64,000 nucleotides of DNA, from NCBI RefSeq assembly GCF_009914755.1, contig NC_060926.1. One strand, given 5' to 3'. This DNA comes from the human T2T-CHM13v2.0 reference genome, Homo sapiens. Numbering within the stretch: the stretch's first letter is position 1; the number at the start of each line of letters is the position of its first letter. Below, in pieces: positions 14,002-31,160 of the stretch. The notes below the pieces were generated by a model. It searched no databases. It was not told the DNA's origin and saw nothing but the letters and a program-made list of their open reading frames with translations. The position numbers and the translations under genes are program-made.

Positions 14002-15428
14002 GAGCAGGAGTTGAAAAACTTTTCTATGAAAGGTAAAAATAGTAAAGTGAATTTTTTAGGCTTTATGAGCTAAATCCTTTCCCTATCACATCACCTTCTT
14101 CCTTCTCCTCCGCCTCTTCTTCCTCTTTTTATAACATAAATATTAGGGAATCAATGTCAGCAAGAAACAGATAAAATCACGGAGCAAGACTGAAAGAAAT
14201 GTTGCCCTCACACACCAATACCATCCCATTCATGTAAGCCCATTTCTCTGTGTATGTATGTTGTGTCTCTCTTCCTTTGATGCAAAAAACAAGCACACAC
14301 ACAAAAAACAACTGCATACTCTTTCAGTCTTCTGGCTTTGGGCCTCCACAGTGGACCCTGGCTGATTTCTGGCTGCCTCTTGACATCTCCTTTGACATCT
14401 AACTTGCTTAAAACTTCCTGTGCCAAAGGAACTGCCATGAATGTTTGTGTGCAACAATTTGCTACAGGAGACATCATTTGAAAAGCTCCATTTGACTCAA
14501 AGATCGAGTGCTTCCAAAGAGAGGCTTGTCTTTCTGTTTTCTTTCCCCTCATCATTAACACGGCAAAAAAGACTCTATGGTTTGGGGGTAGCTCACAACT
14601 TATAATTCTCCATGGCTCTCATTTTTGAATAGCCATGATAAAAATTATATAACTGTGTAATTTATATCTTATGTAAATAATTTCTCAGCTGAGCAAATTA
14701 CTGGATAGAAAGCAAACCCATTGTTTCCTCTCTGAGCTGCTCCCTATTCACCCTTAACCTGATTTGTGCTCAAACTCTGAGCTACAGAGAGAGATGTCTG
14801 GGTGAGTTACATCCAAGCAGTATGATTTACCCCCCCACCCCCAAAATTTCTGCCACAAATTGTAGGTGAAGCTTTTTTTGCATTTTCATGTTGAAGTATA
14901 AATAAGCCTTTCCAGTTTTTTAAAGTGAATTCTGGAAAGTAGAACTGAGCCGTGGAGGTCCTTGTATACTTGGTGAGGAGACTGAACTGTATCTAAGGGC
15001 AGTGGGAGCCCACAAGGATTTTTTTAAAAATAGCTTTCTTGAGATGTAATCAATGTACAATAATCTTCACATATTTAAAGTGATAATTGTGATAATCAAT
15101 TCAAGACATAATTATACTTATGTTTTTACTTGTATGTCCTCAGAAAGCATCACCAATCAAGTGCACAAACACATCCATCACCCGCAGATGTTGGCTTCTG
15201 TCCCTCGGTAACCCTTTCTTTTTGCCCCTCCCCTCCCACAGCAACCACGGATCTGCTCCCCATCAATACAAATTAGTTTGCATTTTCTAAAGTTTTTCAT
15301 GGATGGAATTATACAGTATGTATCCATTTTTTCTGGCTCCTTTCATTCAATATAATTACTTTGAGATTTATCTGTGTTGTAGCATGCTATCAGTATTTCA
15401 TATTTTATTGCTGGGTAGTATTTCATTA

Positions 15429-15812
<384 letters not shown>

Positions 15813-15817
15813 AGTAA

Positions 15818-16165
<348 letters not shown>

Positions 16166-16868
16166 TACCAGACATGATTCCTTTCTTTCCTCCTAAACAC
16201 CTAAGGGGTTGAATGGCTGGATCATAAGGTAGGTATATATTTAAGTTTTTAGGCAACTGTCAAACTGTTTTCAGAAGTGGATCTGTGATTTGTCATTCTC
16301 CCCTAGATATGTGTAAGAATTGCCTTTCCTCCACATCCTCACCAACACTTGGTATGATCAGTCTTTCTAAAGTTTAGTCATTCTAATAGGTATGAAGTGG
16401 TATCTCATTGTGGTTTTAATCTCCATTTCCCTAATGACTAATGAGAATCTTTTCATGTGATTTTTCTGCCATTATATATTTTTTGGAATGAAGTCTCTGT
16501 TCAAATCTTTTGCTCATCTTTTAAAATTGGGCTGTTTTCTTATTACTGAGTTTCAACAGTTCTTTTTATATTCTGGGTACAAGTTCTTCACAGATACATG
16601 TTTTTGCAAAGATTTTCTCCTACTCTGTGGCTTATCTTTTAACTCTCTGAACAGTGTCTTATGAAGAGCAGAACTTCCAGCTCTCAGGGCCCATCTCACC
16701 ACAGCTTTCAATTTGGGCTGAGTCCAATATATTAATTTTTTTTTCAATGAATTATACTTCTGGTGTGATATCAAAAAATATTGTTTAACCCAATGTCACA
16801 AAGATTTTTCTCTTGTGGCTTCTTCTAGAACTTCTATAGTTTTAATAGTTTCATATTTTGGTCTATAA

Positions 16869-17187
<319 letters not shown>

Positions 17188-17449
17188 CATGAGTTCCTTT
17201 TAAATATGGCTTAGGAATATCACTTATCAAAGTTAATTTCTTATATAGTGTAAGGTATGGGTCAAAGCTTATTTCTTGACATACAACTATCTAGTGCCAT
17301 TTGATGAAAAACTATCCTTTCTGCACTGAATTGCCTTTACATAATTGTCAAAAATCCATTTTCCATATGTGTAGGTACATTTATGTACCTTCTTTGCTGT
17401 TCCATTCATCTATTTGTCTGTCCTGATAACAATACCACATTGTCTTGAT

Positions 17450-17932
17450 CAGAGGTCTGCAAATGACAGCCCTTAAGCCCACTGCCAGTTGTGTAAATAA
17501 AGTTTTATTGAGCCAGGCATGGTGGCTCATACCTGTAGTCCCAGCACATTGGGAGGCCGAGGTGAAAGGATGGCTTGAGCTCAGGAGTTCAAGACCAGCC
17601 TTGGCAACATGGGGAAATCCTGTCTCTACAAAAAATACAAAACTTAGGCATAAGGATGCATGCCTGAGGTGGGAGGGTCACCTGAGCTTAAGAAGTCGTG
17701 GCTGCGGTGAGCAGTGATTGCACCAGTTCACTCTATCCTGGGCAACAGAGTGAGACCCCATCTCAAAAAAGAAAGTTTTATTGAACAGAGACACACCTAT
17801 TCAGTTATATACTGTCTGTGGCTGCTTGTGCACTACAATGGTGGAATCGAGTGGTTGTGACAGAAACCACAGGGCCTGCAATCCTAAGATATTTACTATT
17901 TGGCCCTTTCAGAAAATGTGTGCTGATCCCTG
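17450..17932. mobile_element. MER58A hAT MITE with nested Alu
   Basis: cagaggtctgcaaa...tgctgatccctg termini; 8 bp TSD gtcttgat at 17442-17449 and 17933-17940. Confidence 0.85.
17512..17770 (+). mobile_element. AluJ with internal deletion
   Basis: TSD aaagttttattga. Confidence 0.9.
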
Positions 17933-18092
17933 GTCTTGATTACTACGGCTTTATAAGTCTTGAAATCTGATAGTGTTAGTACTCTAAATTTATTCTTATT
18001 TTCCAAAGTTATTTTGGCTATTCTGGGTCCTTAGCATTTTCGTATGAATTTTAGAACCAGCCTGCCAATTTCTACAAAAATAGTCTGCTGGG

Positions 18093-18402
18093 TTTTTTGT
18101 TTTTGTTTTTTAAATTAAAAAAGTTTTTTAGAGGCAAGGTCTCACTCTCATTCAGGCTGGAGTGCAGGGTATCATCATAGGTCACTGTAACCTCAATGTC
18201 CTGGGCTCAAGTGATCCTCCTGCCTCAGCCTCTCAAATAGCTGGGACTACAGGCACATACCACCTCACCCAGCTAATTTTATTTAATAGGTGGGGTCTCA
18301 CTATGTTGCCCAGGCTGGTCTTGAACTCCTAGCCTCAAGCAATTGTCCCACCTCAACCTCCCAAAGTATTGAGTTTACAGGTATGAGCCATGGTGCTTGG
18401 CC
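18093..18402 (-). mobile_element. AluJ
   Basis: Reverse-complement Alu. Confidence 0.9.
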
Positions 18403-19257
18403 TCTGCTGAGGTTTTGATTGGGACTGCATTGAATTCATAAATCAATTTGCAGGAGAATTGGCATCATAACAATACAGAGCTTTCCAATCAATGAATGAG
18501 TTATGACATCATTTATTTAGGTCTTTAATTTCTCTTGGCAATATTTTGTAGTCTTCAGTGCAGAGATTTTTACATGTCTTTTCATTTCAGTTTCTGGTTG
18601 TTTATTGCTGACATATAGAAATGCAGTTGATTTGTGTATATTGATCTTGCACCCTGCAACCTTGCTCATTAGTTCTAGTAACTTTTCATAGATTTCATCA
18701 GATTTTCTACATAAACAATCATGTCAACGGCAAATAAAGAAATGGACACTTTTACTTCTTCCTTTCCAAAAGGGATGGCTTTGTTTTATTTTTGCCTTAT
18801 TGCACTGGTTAGAACCTCCGGTTGAATAGATATGATGAGAGTAGATACCACTTTCTTGTTCCCGATTTTACGGTGAAAGCATCAGCCTTTCATGATGAAG
18901 TATGGTGTTTGCTATGGGATTTTTGTAGATGCCTTTTATCAGTTTGAGGAAGTTTTTTTGTATTCCTAATTTGCTGAAAATTTTTTATCAGAAAAAAATG
19001 GTAGTTTTTTTTTTCAATACTTTCACTGCATCTGTTTAAATGACCATGTTTTTCTTTTTAAATTTGTTAATATGATGGATTACACTGGTTGATTCTGAAT
19101 GTTAAATCAACCTTGAATTCCTAGGACAAACCCTACTTGCATTATCTGTTTTATATATTGTTGGATTCACTTTGCTAATTTTTTGTTTAAAATTTTTGTA
19201 TATATACTTATGAAAGATACTGGTCTGTAACTTTCTTTCATTAGGAAAAATAAAATG

Positions 19258-19568
<311 letters not shown>

Positions 19569-19589
19569 GGAATGTAACATTATTTCATT

Positions 19590-19772
19590 TATTTGTTTTT
19601 GTTTTTGTTTTTGTTTTCTTTTATTGACTTATTTTTTGAGACAGGATCTCACTTTGTCACCCAAGCTGAAGTGCAGTGGTGCAATGTCAGCTTCCTGCAG
19701 CCTCGATCCCCCAGGTTCAAATCAGCCCCCAAGTAGCTGGGACTACAGGCACGTGCCACCACACCCAGCTAA
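19590..19772 (-). mobile_element. Alu right monomer (FRAM/AluJ fragment)
   Basis: T-rich tail plus right-arm sequence. Confidence 0.8.
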
Positions 19773-20327
19773 TTGTTTTTTTAATCAGGATAATGCTGGC
19801 CTTGTAGAAAGCATTGGTAGGTATTCCCTCTTCTTCAGTTTCTTGGAGTAGTTTATGAATTGGTATTATTTCTTCCGTAAATATTTGATAGAACTCACCA
19901 GTGAAACCACTTGGACCTAATGGGTATCCTGTGGGTAGATTTTTAACCAAAAATTCAAATTATTTTATAGATATAAGGTTATTCTGGTTATCTGTTTCTT
20001 CTTGGGTGAGCTGCGGTCATGTGTGTCTTTGAAGGAATTCATCCAGCTCACCTAAGCTGTTTAATTTATTGGCATAAAGTTGCTGATAATATACCCCTTT
20101 ATCTTTTTAATATCTGTGGAAACTGCAATGATGGCACCTCACCTCTGTCACTCCTGATATCGGTAATAGGTATATTCTTTTATTCCTGATCAGTTCAGCT
20201 GGAAGTTTATCAATTTTATTGATTTTCTCAACAAACCATCTTTTGGTTTCCTTCATCTGCTTTTCATTTCATTGATTTTTGTTTTGGTCCTTACTATTAC
20301 CTTTATTTTTTCTTTCTCTGGGTTTAA

Positions 20328-20516
<189 letters not shown>

Positions 20517-20774
20517 TAAGACAAGAGCTGAGGTTATTGATTTGGTACCTTTCTTCTTTTCTAACATGAGTGTTTAGTGCTGTAAATTTCCCTCTCCATA
20601 CTACTTTAGTGGAATCCCACAAACTTTGATATTTTGTTTTCATTTTCATTCAATTAAAAATACTTCCTAAAATTCCTTTTTATTTTTTCTTTGATCCATT
20701 AATTATATTATTTAGTTTCCAAACATTTGAGGATTGTCTATTTGGTTTCTAATTTAATTCTAACATACTCGTAT

Positions 20775-21249
20775 ACTATTAGCTTTCTAGGGTTGCTATG
20801 ACAAATTACCACAAATGCAGTGACTTAAAACAACACAGATGTTTTACCTCACAGTTCTGTAACAGTTCAGCAGTCAGACACGGACGTCACTGGGCTAAAA
20901 TTGAAGTGTCAGCAAGGCTGTGCTCCTTCTGGAAGATGAGGAGAATCTACATCCTTGCTCTTCCCAGCTTCTAGAGGCTGCCTGCATTTCTTGGCTCATG
21001 ACCCTTTTCCCCGACCTTCAAAACCAGAAATATCAGGTTGAGTTCTTCTCATGCTACAGCTCTCTGCCATCCCCTCCTTCTTCCACTTATGAGTACCTTC
21101 GTAATTACATTGGGCCAGGATAATCTCCCCATCTCAAGGTTAGTTGATTAGCAACCATAATTCTCCTTTTTCATGTAACCTAATATGTTCAAAGATTCCA
21201 GGGATTCGAACATGACATCTTTGGGAGGCCATTGTTCTGCCTACCACAC
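20775..21249 (-). mobile_element. MLT1C/D-type MaLR LTR
   Basis: tattagctttctagggttgctatgacaaattaccacaaa...ttctgcctaccaca. Confidence 0.8.
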
Positions 21250-21352
21250 ATGACTTGAATCCTTTTAAATTTATTGAGACCAATGGCAAAAAACATGGTC
21301 TGTAAGTTATATCAAGTTGGTTGTTAGTGTTCATTAGAATTTCATAACCCTA

Positions 21353-21612
<260 letters not shown>

Positions 21613-22379
21613 CTCTGACAATAATTATGGATTTGTCTATTTCTCCTTGCAGTTTATCAGTTTTTGCTTCATGTGTTTTGTTCTCTTACGAGAAGCTCAA
21701 ACATTTGGACTGTAATGTCTTCATGTTGAATTGACACCTTCATCATTATGAAGTGACCTTCTTTATCCATGGCAATGTTCTTTGCTCTGAAATCTATGAT
21801 CCCTGATATTATAATCTAATGATCCCTGATATTATCATATAGCCACTCCAGGTTTCTTTAACCTAGTGTTAGTATGGCATACCTTTTTCCATCCTTTTAC
21901 TTTTAACCTATTTGTGTTTTTAAGTTTAAAATGTTTTTATATGCAACATACATTTGTCTTCCTTTTTTACACAACCTGATCATGTCTGTCTTTTAATTGG
22001 AATGTTTAAACCACTTACGTTTAATGCTATTATTAATATGTTTTGCTTACATGTAACATTTTATTATTTCTATTTGTCATAATATTTTTGTTCCTTTTGA
22101 TTATTTTTCTGATTCTTTAATGTTAATTATTAATAAAATGATTTCATTTTATCTCTTTTGTTGGCTTAGTAGCAATAATTATCTGTATTTGTTATTTTTG
22201 TGGTTGTTTCAGGGCTTATAACATGCATTTTTAACTTAAAAAAATCTAGCTTCAAGGGACATTATACTACTTCACATATAGCATAAGAATCTTATGATAA
22301 AGTTATTTCTCTCCTCCCAGACTTTATGCTATTATTGGCATGTATTTTACTCCTACATATGTTATGAACCCTACAATAC

Positions 22380-22680
<301 letters not shown>

Positions 22681-22875
22681 TATCCTTTTGTTGGCTTTTT
22701 TTTCTCTTAAGAAATCTGCTGTAGCACTAACCCTTGTTCATATGTAGCATGACTTATTTCCCTGGTCACTTTTAAGATTTTCTTTTTATTAATGGTTTTG
22801 AACAATTTGATTATGATGCACTTTGGTGTGGCCTTATTCATATTTCTTGTGTTTGAGGTTCATTGAGATTCTTAG

Positions 22876-23340
<465 letters not shown>

Positions 23341-23603
23341 GCTCTTTTCAGTTTTTTATTCTTTTTTCTCTGTGTTTCATTTTACATAATTTCTATTGCT
23401 ATGTCTTCAAGTTTACTAATCCTTTTTTTCTGCAATGTCTGCTCTGTTGCCAGTTCTATCCACTGTATTGTTTATCTCAGACATTGCAATTTCATTTCTA
23501 GAAGCTCAGTTTAGGTCTCTTTATATCTTCCATATCTCTACTTAGCTTTTCAAACATATTGAAAACAGTTATAATAACTGTTTTGGGGGAGGTGGTGAGG
23601 GTG

Positions 23604-23879
23604 TTTTTTTTCTTTCTTTTTTTTTTTTTTTTGAGATAGAGTCTCACTCCGTTGGCCAGGCTGGAGTGCAGTAGCACAATGAGGGCTGACTACAGCCTCC
23701 ACCTCCCAGGCCCAAGTGATCCCCTCACTTCAGCCTCCTGAGTAGCTGGGGACCACAGGCACACACCACCATGCCTGGCTAATTTTTCTATTTTTTGTAG
23801 AGATGGGGTTTCGCCATGTTGTCCAGGCTGGGATCAACCTCCTGGGCTTAAGCTATCTGCCCACCTCAGCCTCCCAAAA
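23604..23879 (-). mobile_element. AluJ, slightly 5'-truncated
   Basis: Flanking repeat tataataactgttt. Confidence 0.9.
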
Positions 23880-25004
23880 TATATAATAACTGTTTCAATG
23901 TCTTTGACTGCTAATTCTAACATCTGTGTCAGTTTTAGGTTGATTTCAATTGATTAATATGTCCCTTCATTACGAGTTGTATTTTTCTGCTGCTTTGAAT
24001 GTCTAGTAATCTTTGGTTGACTGCTAGACAATGCTAACTTTGCCTTGTTGGGTGCTGGATTTTTAGTATTCCTGTAAAGATTCTTGGGATGTATTCTGAG
24101 ATGTAGTTTAGTTACTTGGGAACAGTTTGAATCTTTAAGGTCTTGCTTTCATGAGTTTTAGATGGAGTCCTGTCTAATTTAAAAGCTAATTGTTCCCCAC
24201 TACTGAGGCAAGTCCCTCCTGAGTGTACCCAATGAGCTGTGAATTATGTTTTCCCACCTGCCTAATAGGTGCACGCATGATTCCTGACTTTGCATGCATG
24301 CTGGGCACTGTTAGCTCGAACTCTTTTCTATCCTTGGATAGTTTCTTCACTATCATTCATTTCTCTGGTTCATACTCCAGGAGGACCCTCTGCAGATCTC
24401 TGGGGTTCTGTTTCTGTGCAGCTCTCATCTCTCTGACACTCAGTCCTGTGAACTCTAGGGGTCTTAACCTCCCTGTACCCTCAGCCCCATCTCAACTCAG
24501 GGAGTCCCAGGGTCTCTCTAGGTCTCCTCTCTGCATCATGGCCTGGAAACTTGTAAGCTGGGGCAGTTGTAGGACTTTATTTGTTTCCCATTTCTCAGAG
24601 ATCACTAAACTGCATTGCTTGATATTCATTGTCTTTAAAACTGTTGTTTCAAATACTGCCTTTTTAGGTAATTTGGTAAGTCTGGGCCCTGTTACTTTGC
24701 CTGGTCAGAAACAGAAGAAACTCCACATCTTCTTCTTGAGCAGAAGAATGGTGTGATAAATACGATCTTTGAAAAATTTCAGCTGGTGACTCTGTGTAGG
24801 ATACCCAAAAAAGGAGCATAGAATAGAAAGGGAGAGAGGGGAACCTTCAGAATCATAAACTGTTGATGTTTTAAAGTCATTCTGCTCCCTCTGGGGTCCT
24901 CCCACCTATGCTTCTGAGGAGTCATGGCACACTTACTAAAAGCAAGTGGTTTCTGTGGTTTCGGTCTGCTCTGACTCTGGGCCCTTCACTCGGGTAAAAC
25001 TCAC

Positions 25005-25169
25005 CATGTATGACGAGGCCATACCCCAAAGAAGGACCCTATTGGTGAATGAAGGCTTAGTCCCTTCTGCCACCTCCCTACGCAGCATAGTCCTGCACCC
25101 ACATCTTGGACCATATTCATCCTTTGTGGTGAGCGCCACTGTTGCCTCCACCAGGGAGCCCTCTGTGAC
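25005..25169 (-). other. Candidate exon B of an unannotated or lncRNA-type transcript (alternative donor at 24937)
   Basis: Acceptor ctgtag|G (weak pyrimidine tract); donors ATG|GTGAGT (25005) and TTA|GTAAGT (24937). Confidence 0.35.
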
Positions 25170-25505
25170 CTACAGCTGCATGAGGAGCCCCTCCTCTCTG
25201 CCCCCACAGTTCCTGTGTCTCACTTGATCATGGCACTTATCACATATTATTGTATGATCATTATCTGTGAGCACGTCTGCGTCACCACCCAGACACAGAA
25301 CTCTATGATAATGGTAACAGGGCTTCATGGCCTCCACCCCTGGCATGTAGCCAGCCCAGAAAAGGCAGCAGGAAGGATTTACTGGATGGCTTCGTAAAAG
25401 AATGGGTGAAGAAATCAACGAGGGAGCTTGGCCTCTGGGTCTCCTTGAAAACTCTTTTGCTCTACCCTCTGGCTCCATCAACTCCCGTGGCTCAGGGTAA
25501 CTTAC

Positions 25506-25741
25506 CTGACTGATCTAACCAAGCCCCTGGGACCTGATCCAGCCCCTAAGGTGGAAGGGAAAACCAAACAATCCCTAATTTCAGGAAGGTGACTGAGTCC
25601 TAGCTGACTTTCTCCCTGATAAGATCCTCCTGGAAAAGTTGAGGCAGAAATATCCTGGCTGTCGATTCTCTTCTTTCCCCTCCCCTTCCAAGCCTGAAGG
25701 TTCAATAATGATAGAAAAAAGGACATATGATTTGTTCCCAT
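25506..25741 (-). other. Candidate exon A of an unannotated or lncRNA-type transcript
   Basis: Strong acceptor ttcctctcttcttgtttcag|A and consensus donor CAG|GTAAGT, 236 nt apart. Confidence 0.45.
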
Positions 25742-27518
25742 CTGAAACAAGAAGAGAGGAATAACTTCTGTGGCCACAGGCTTGTGTCTTCCCAGCCATG
25801 TGTTTTGTGGCCACTGTCTCATTCTGTCCCAGCACCCCAACAAGCAGGTAAGAATAAGAAAACCACAGCTCACAGCAGTCAAGTCACTTGCCAAGGGGCA
25901 CATGGAAGTTCAGGAAGGGATGTCACTAGAACCCTCCAATCTGCAGCTCCAGGCTCCCGGCCTATGGGCCATGGACCTGGGGGTGTAGCAGTGTAGGGTG
26001 CATACCCAGGCTCTCCTTGTGGCAGGGGAACTGAGACTAATTGCAATTGGCCTATGAATCCATATTTGCTCCAGCAATTGTCTCTACTCTGAACAAATAA
26101 CATCACACACATCTACTTGTTGCCATCTTTTTCCAACCAAAGTAGTCGAATGCTACTTAAGTACAAATACGTTTAAAAGTATAATTACATACATGCTTTT
26201 TTAAATTTCATTATAGATTCTATCAAATCACGTGTACAAAGAGCCCAGCTGCTGTCATGGCTCTTGACATTTTGTTGATGTTCTTAGTGGGGATTTACCT
26301 ACTTAAATTTGGAATCTTCTGAGCTCCAGACCTGAGTGGTGCTCTGGGATTCGAGGTCTGGTTTTATTTAATCATGTCTGCAGCAGAAGTACGGGAAGTA
26401 AGAGGGAGTGCAGCCACTCCTGGGTTTGCCCTCTAGGATGGGGGCAGAGTGAGACACAAGGGCACGGGGTGGGTAAGAAGTGGGGAGCTGCCATCCCTTC
26501 CCTGGGGCTCAGACTGACTATGCAGGCACTGTCCCCTCCCCACCCCCAGGTTGTTCAGCTGCATCCTCAGCCCTGTCCATTCATGCATCAGGAAAACCAC
26601 AGACTTGAGTCTCTTCCATTTTCTGGTGGTTTGGGTGCCTTGGCTAAGGGCCTATTCTCCCAGCTTTCTCCGTTTCACCAGGCTGTCATCGAACACCTGG
26701 GAAGCTGTCAGGATGCATCACACTTGATACTTTGACTCTTCCTGCAGAAATTCCTGACCCTGTGTCCAGGAGGTGAAGGGTTAAGAATGGATCAAGTCCA
26801 GGCCTGAAGAGACCATTCATAGACTGTCCCAGGAACCACATGGAGTCCTGTTGCCACTCCCTTCCTGATCTGGACCCTCTGGGGCACCAGGATCTACACT
26901 CAGGCCATAGGATATGGCAGTGGGGGAAGGGTTTGGGGTTCTGATAGAATCCTCACTGTGCTGAGGGGGATGTATCCCTTAACCTCGCTGAACCTGTTTT
27001 TTTCATCTGTAAAATGGGGATAACAACATATCTACTTTAATGGGTCATGGTAAGGACTGAAGAAAAGCATGTCAAGTGCCTGGCTCTACGTCTGCCGTGT
27101 GACTGCCTCTTATCTGATGTCTGTTTGCTGTGTCTTCCTTTGCAGAATGTATCCTGAACTTGTGTTGATGTACTGGGTCCACTCAGCCAATCGTCTGCTA
27201 GTGAAGGGAGGGACACGAAAGGGGAGCAGGGAGATAGAGGTGGCTGCTGAGTGGGAAATGAGGATGACTGTGATTGTGTATGCAAGTGTGCATGCATGCA
27301 CATTACATGTGTGCACGGAGGAACCAGGCCGACAGGATACGAATCAAAGGGCTCAAGAGACTTTTTGCTTCATTTAATGCCTCAGATTCCACGTTGCTAC
27401 ATAAGCCTCCTAGAACCTAAACACAGCCCTAGAAAAAGACAATTATCCTAAACTAACTGTGATCCATTACGCCTTTCGTCTCCCAGTGAATTGAGTCTCA
27501 AAGTAGAAATCAATGTGA

Positions 27519-27833
<315 letters not shown>

Positions 27834-28699
27834 AACCTGAAGCTCTATTTTTTACGAATCTGGGATTGAGGATATGAACTCCATGCCTGTCCCATTTTCT
27901 TACTCAGCTATGGGCTGTATCTTGCACTTGACCCTAAGTTCACTAAGTGTGGCAAAGTTGTTCCCTTTATAAGCACTGTATTTCCACCACAAGCACCATG
28001 TCTGACACATACTATGCACTCAGTAAATATTTTCGGGGGTGGCTACACAAGATGGATGAGCAGCGGTGAGCTCCCCTGACTCACCCACTATAAGCCCACC
28101 ACCCCAAAAATGGTCTCCTGTCCCTTGGCACAAGTATTCCTTCCTTCAGCACGTGAGACAGACATGCCCTAACCCCCACCCGACCCGCTTTCTGGGAAGC
28201 CGACACAGGGGCTTGGCCCCGGCCACGGTGCCTGAGGCCTCTGAGAGGCAGGTAATGGCTTGGGCTAAGCTGGTCTCTTTGTTCCCAGCATCAAGGCAGG
28301 CTGAGCAGATGCTTGGCAGTTACCACCGCCAGACTGGGCCTGCCAGAACAGGGGGTGAGGCCCAGCCAGGGAATGTGTCAGGAGAGATTCCAGGGCCGGG
28401 GGAACACAAAGAGGGCACTCTCAGGGCTCCTGGGAGCCTGCCCGGCCTCCGGGTCTGCCAGTGTCAGGCTGTGCTGCCCATTGAGGCAAGAGCTCCTACC
28501 AAGGGCAGGGAAGTGACAGAAGGAGGCTAAGTTGGCCCCAGTGCAGCCCCAGAAATGAGCAAAGAGGTCATAAAAGCAGACAGCACTTATACAAGGCTGG
28601 GTGGTGGAGTGGCGAGTGTGAAACTTGAGGCAAATGTCTTCAGCTCTCTGAGACTCCGTCTCTTTGATGCCAAAACCATGTTGCGAACCACGTTCCTAC

Positions 28700-29575
<876 letters not shown>

Positions 29576-29739
29576 TTCAGGCTAACAACATGTGCTTCTT
29601 ACTGTTTTCTGAGGATGAAATTGTATGGTACCTGGCACGTCCAAAGCCTTCAATTTGTGTTCATCCTTTGCCTTCCCTCTGGAATACCCTTAGACTCCTA
29701 TGGTACCAGCTTTTCCAAAAATCTCACATTTTTCCTACT

Positions 29740-29960
29740 GAGATGTTTAAGAGCACACATTTAGAGACAAAGCTGTGTTTGAATCCCAGTTTGGCTACTT
29801 AATAGCTGTACAGCCTTGCACAACTTGCTTCACCTCTTGAAGCCTCATCTGTCAAGTGGAAATAATAACAGCACCTACTTCCCAGGGTTGCTGCAAGGAT
29901 TACACGAGATAATATAGACAGACAGCATCTAGCAGCACTCAGAAAATATAGCTATTAACT
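29740..29960 (+). mobile_element. MIR (representative; further MIR remnants near 8.2, 13.1, 25.9, 27.0, 36.7, 37.5, 40.5, 49.2, 55.5, 59.8 and 62.8 kb)
   Basis: tttgaatcccagt...cctcatctgtcaagtggaaataataacagcacctacttcccagggttg. Confidence 0.75.
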
Positions 29961-30040
29961 CTTATTTGCTTATTATTTCATGGATACATCAGTGAAATCT
30001 TATAAAGTAAATCATGACTTACTTGAGAGTAAAGTTGTCA

Positions 30041-30400
<360 letters not shown>

Positions 30401-30774
30401 AGTAAAGTCTGTCATTTAGTTTTCTATAATCCCACAACCAACTTTAAGCCTCAACACCACCTAGTACAATGCTAGGCATCTCTTTCAAGCTTAATAACAT
30501 TACTGGCTCCAAGGTGGGGAAAGTCCAAAGCTTGTCTTAGAGCTGCAGAGACTTTAGAGGTGATTAGTCTAACCCCACTGCTGTTGTGTCATCCTTAGGG
30601 TGTACCCATCAAGCATATGTACAGCCTCTAAGTGGAGGAAAAGTTTCTTCTTCAAGTAAAATGAATATGTGTCCCCCAGTGGTGTCCACCCATGGTTGAG
30701 GCTCTACTCTTTGGAGCCACACAGGCAAGGCTATTTGCTTTTCTCATTATCAAATATTCGAAGGTGATGGTCAT

Positions 30775-31160
30775 TGTCACGCGTGTCCATGTGAAGAGAC
30801 CACCAAACAGGCTTTGTGTGAGCAACAAGACTGTTTATTTCACCTGGGTGCAGGCGGGCTGAGTCAGAAAAGAGAGTCAGCAAACTGTGGTGGGATTATC
30901 ATTAGTTCTTATAGGTTTGGGATAGGCGTACAAAATACATTCTTAAGGGCAGGGGAGAATATTACAATGTACCTTCTTAAGGGTGGGGGAGACTATCGTA
31001 TCAGTTAGGGTGGGGCGGGAACAAATCGCAATGGTGGAATGTCATCAGTTAAGGCTATTTTTACTTCTTTTGTGGATCTTCAGTTGCTTCAGGCCATCTG
31101 GATGTATACATGCAGGTCACAGGGGATATGATGGCTTAGCTTGGGCTCAGAGGCCTGACA
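30775..31160 (-). mobile_element. LTR7-family (HERV-H) solo LTR
   Basis: Minus strand begins tgtcaggcctctgagcccaagctaagccatcatatcccctgtgacctgca and ends ...gtggtctcttcacatggacacgcgtgaca; near-TSD gtcat/atcat. Confidence 0.92.

Noticed and set aside
21791-21835. Small tandem duplications (also 33598-33622, 37097-37122, 55788-55810)
   Set aside because: Ordinary slippage products with no evident function.
24223-24756. 177 aa ORF (plus strand)
   Set aside because: Lies antisense within old L1 5' sequence.
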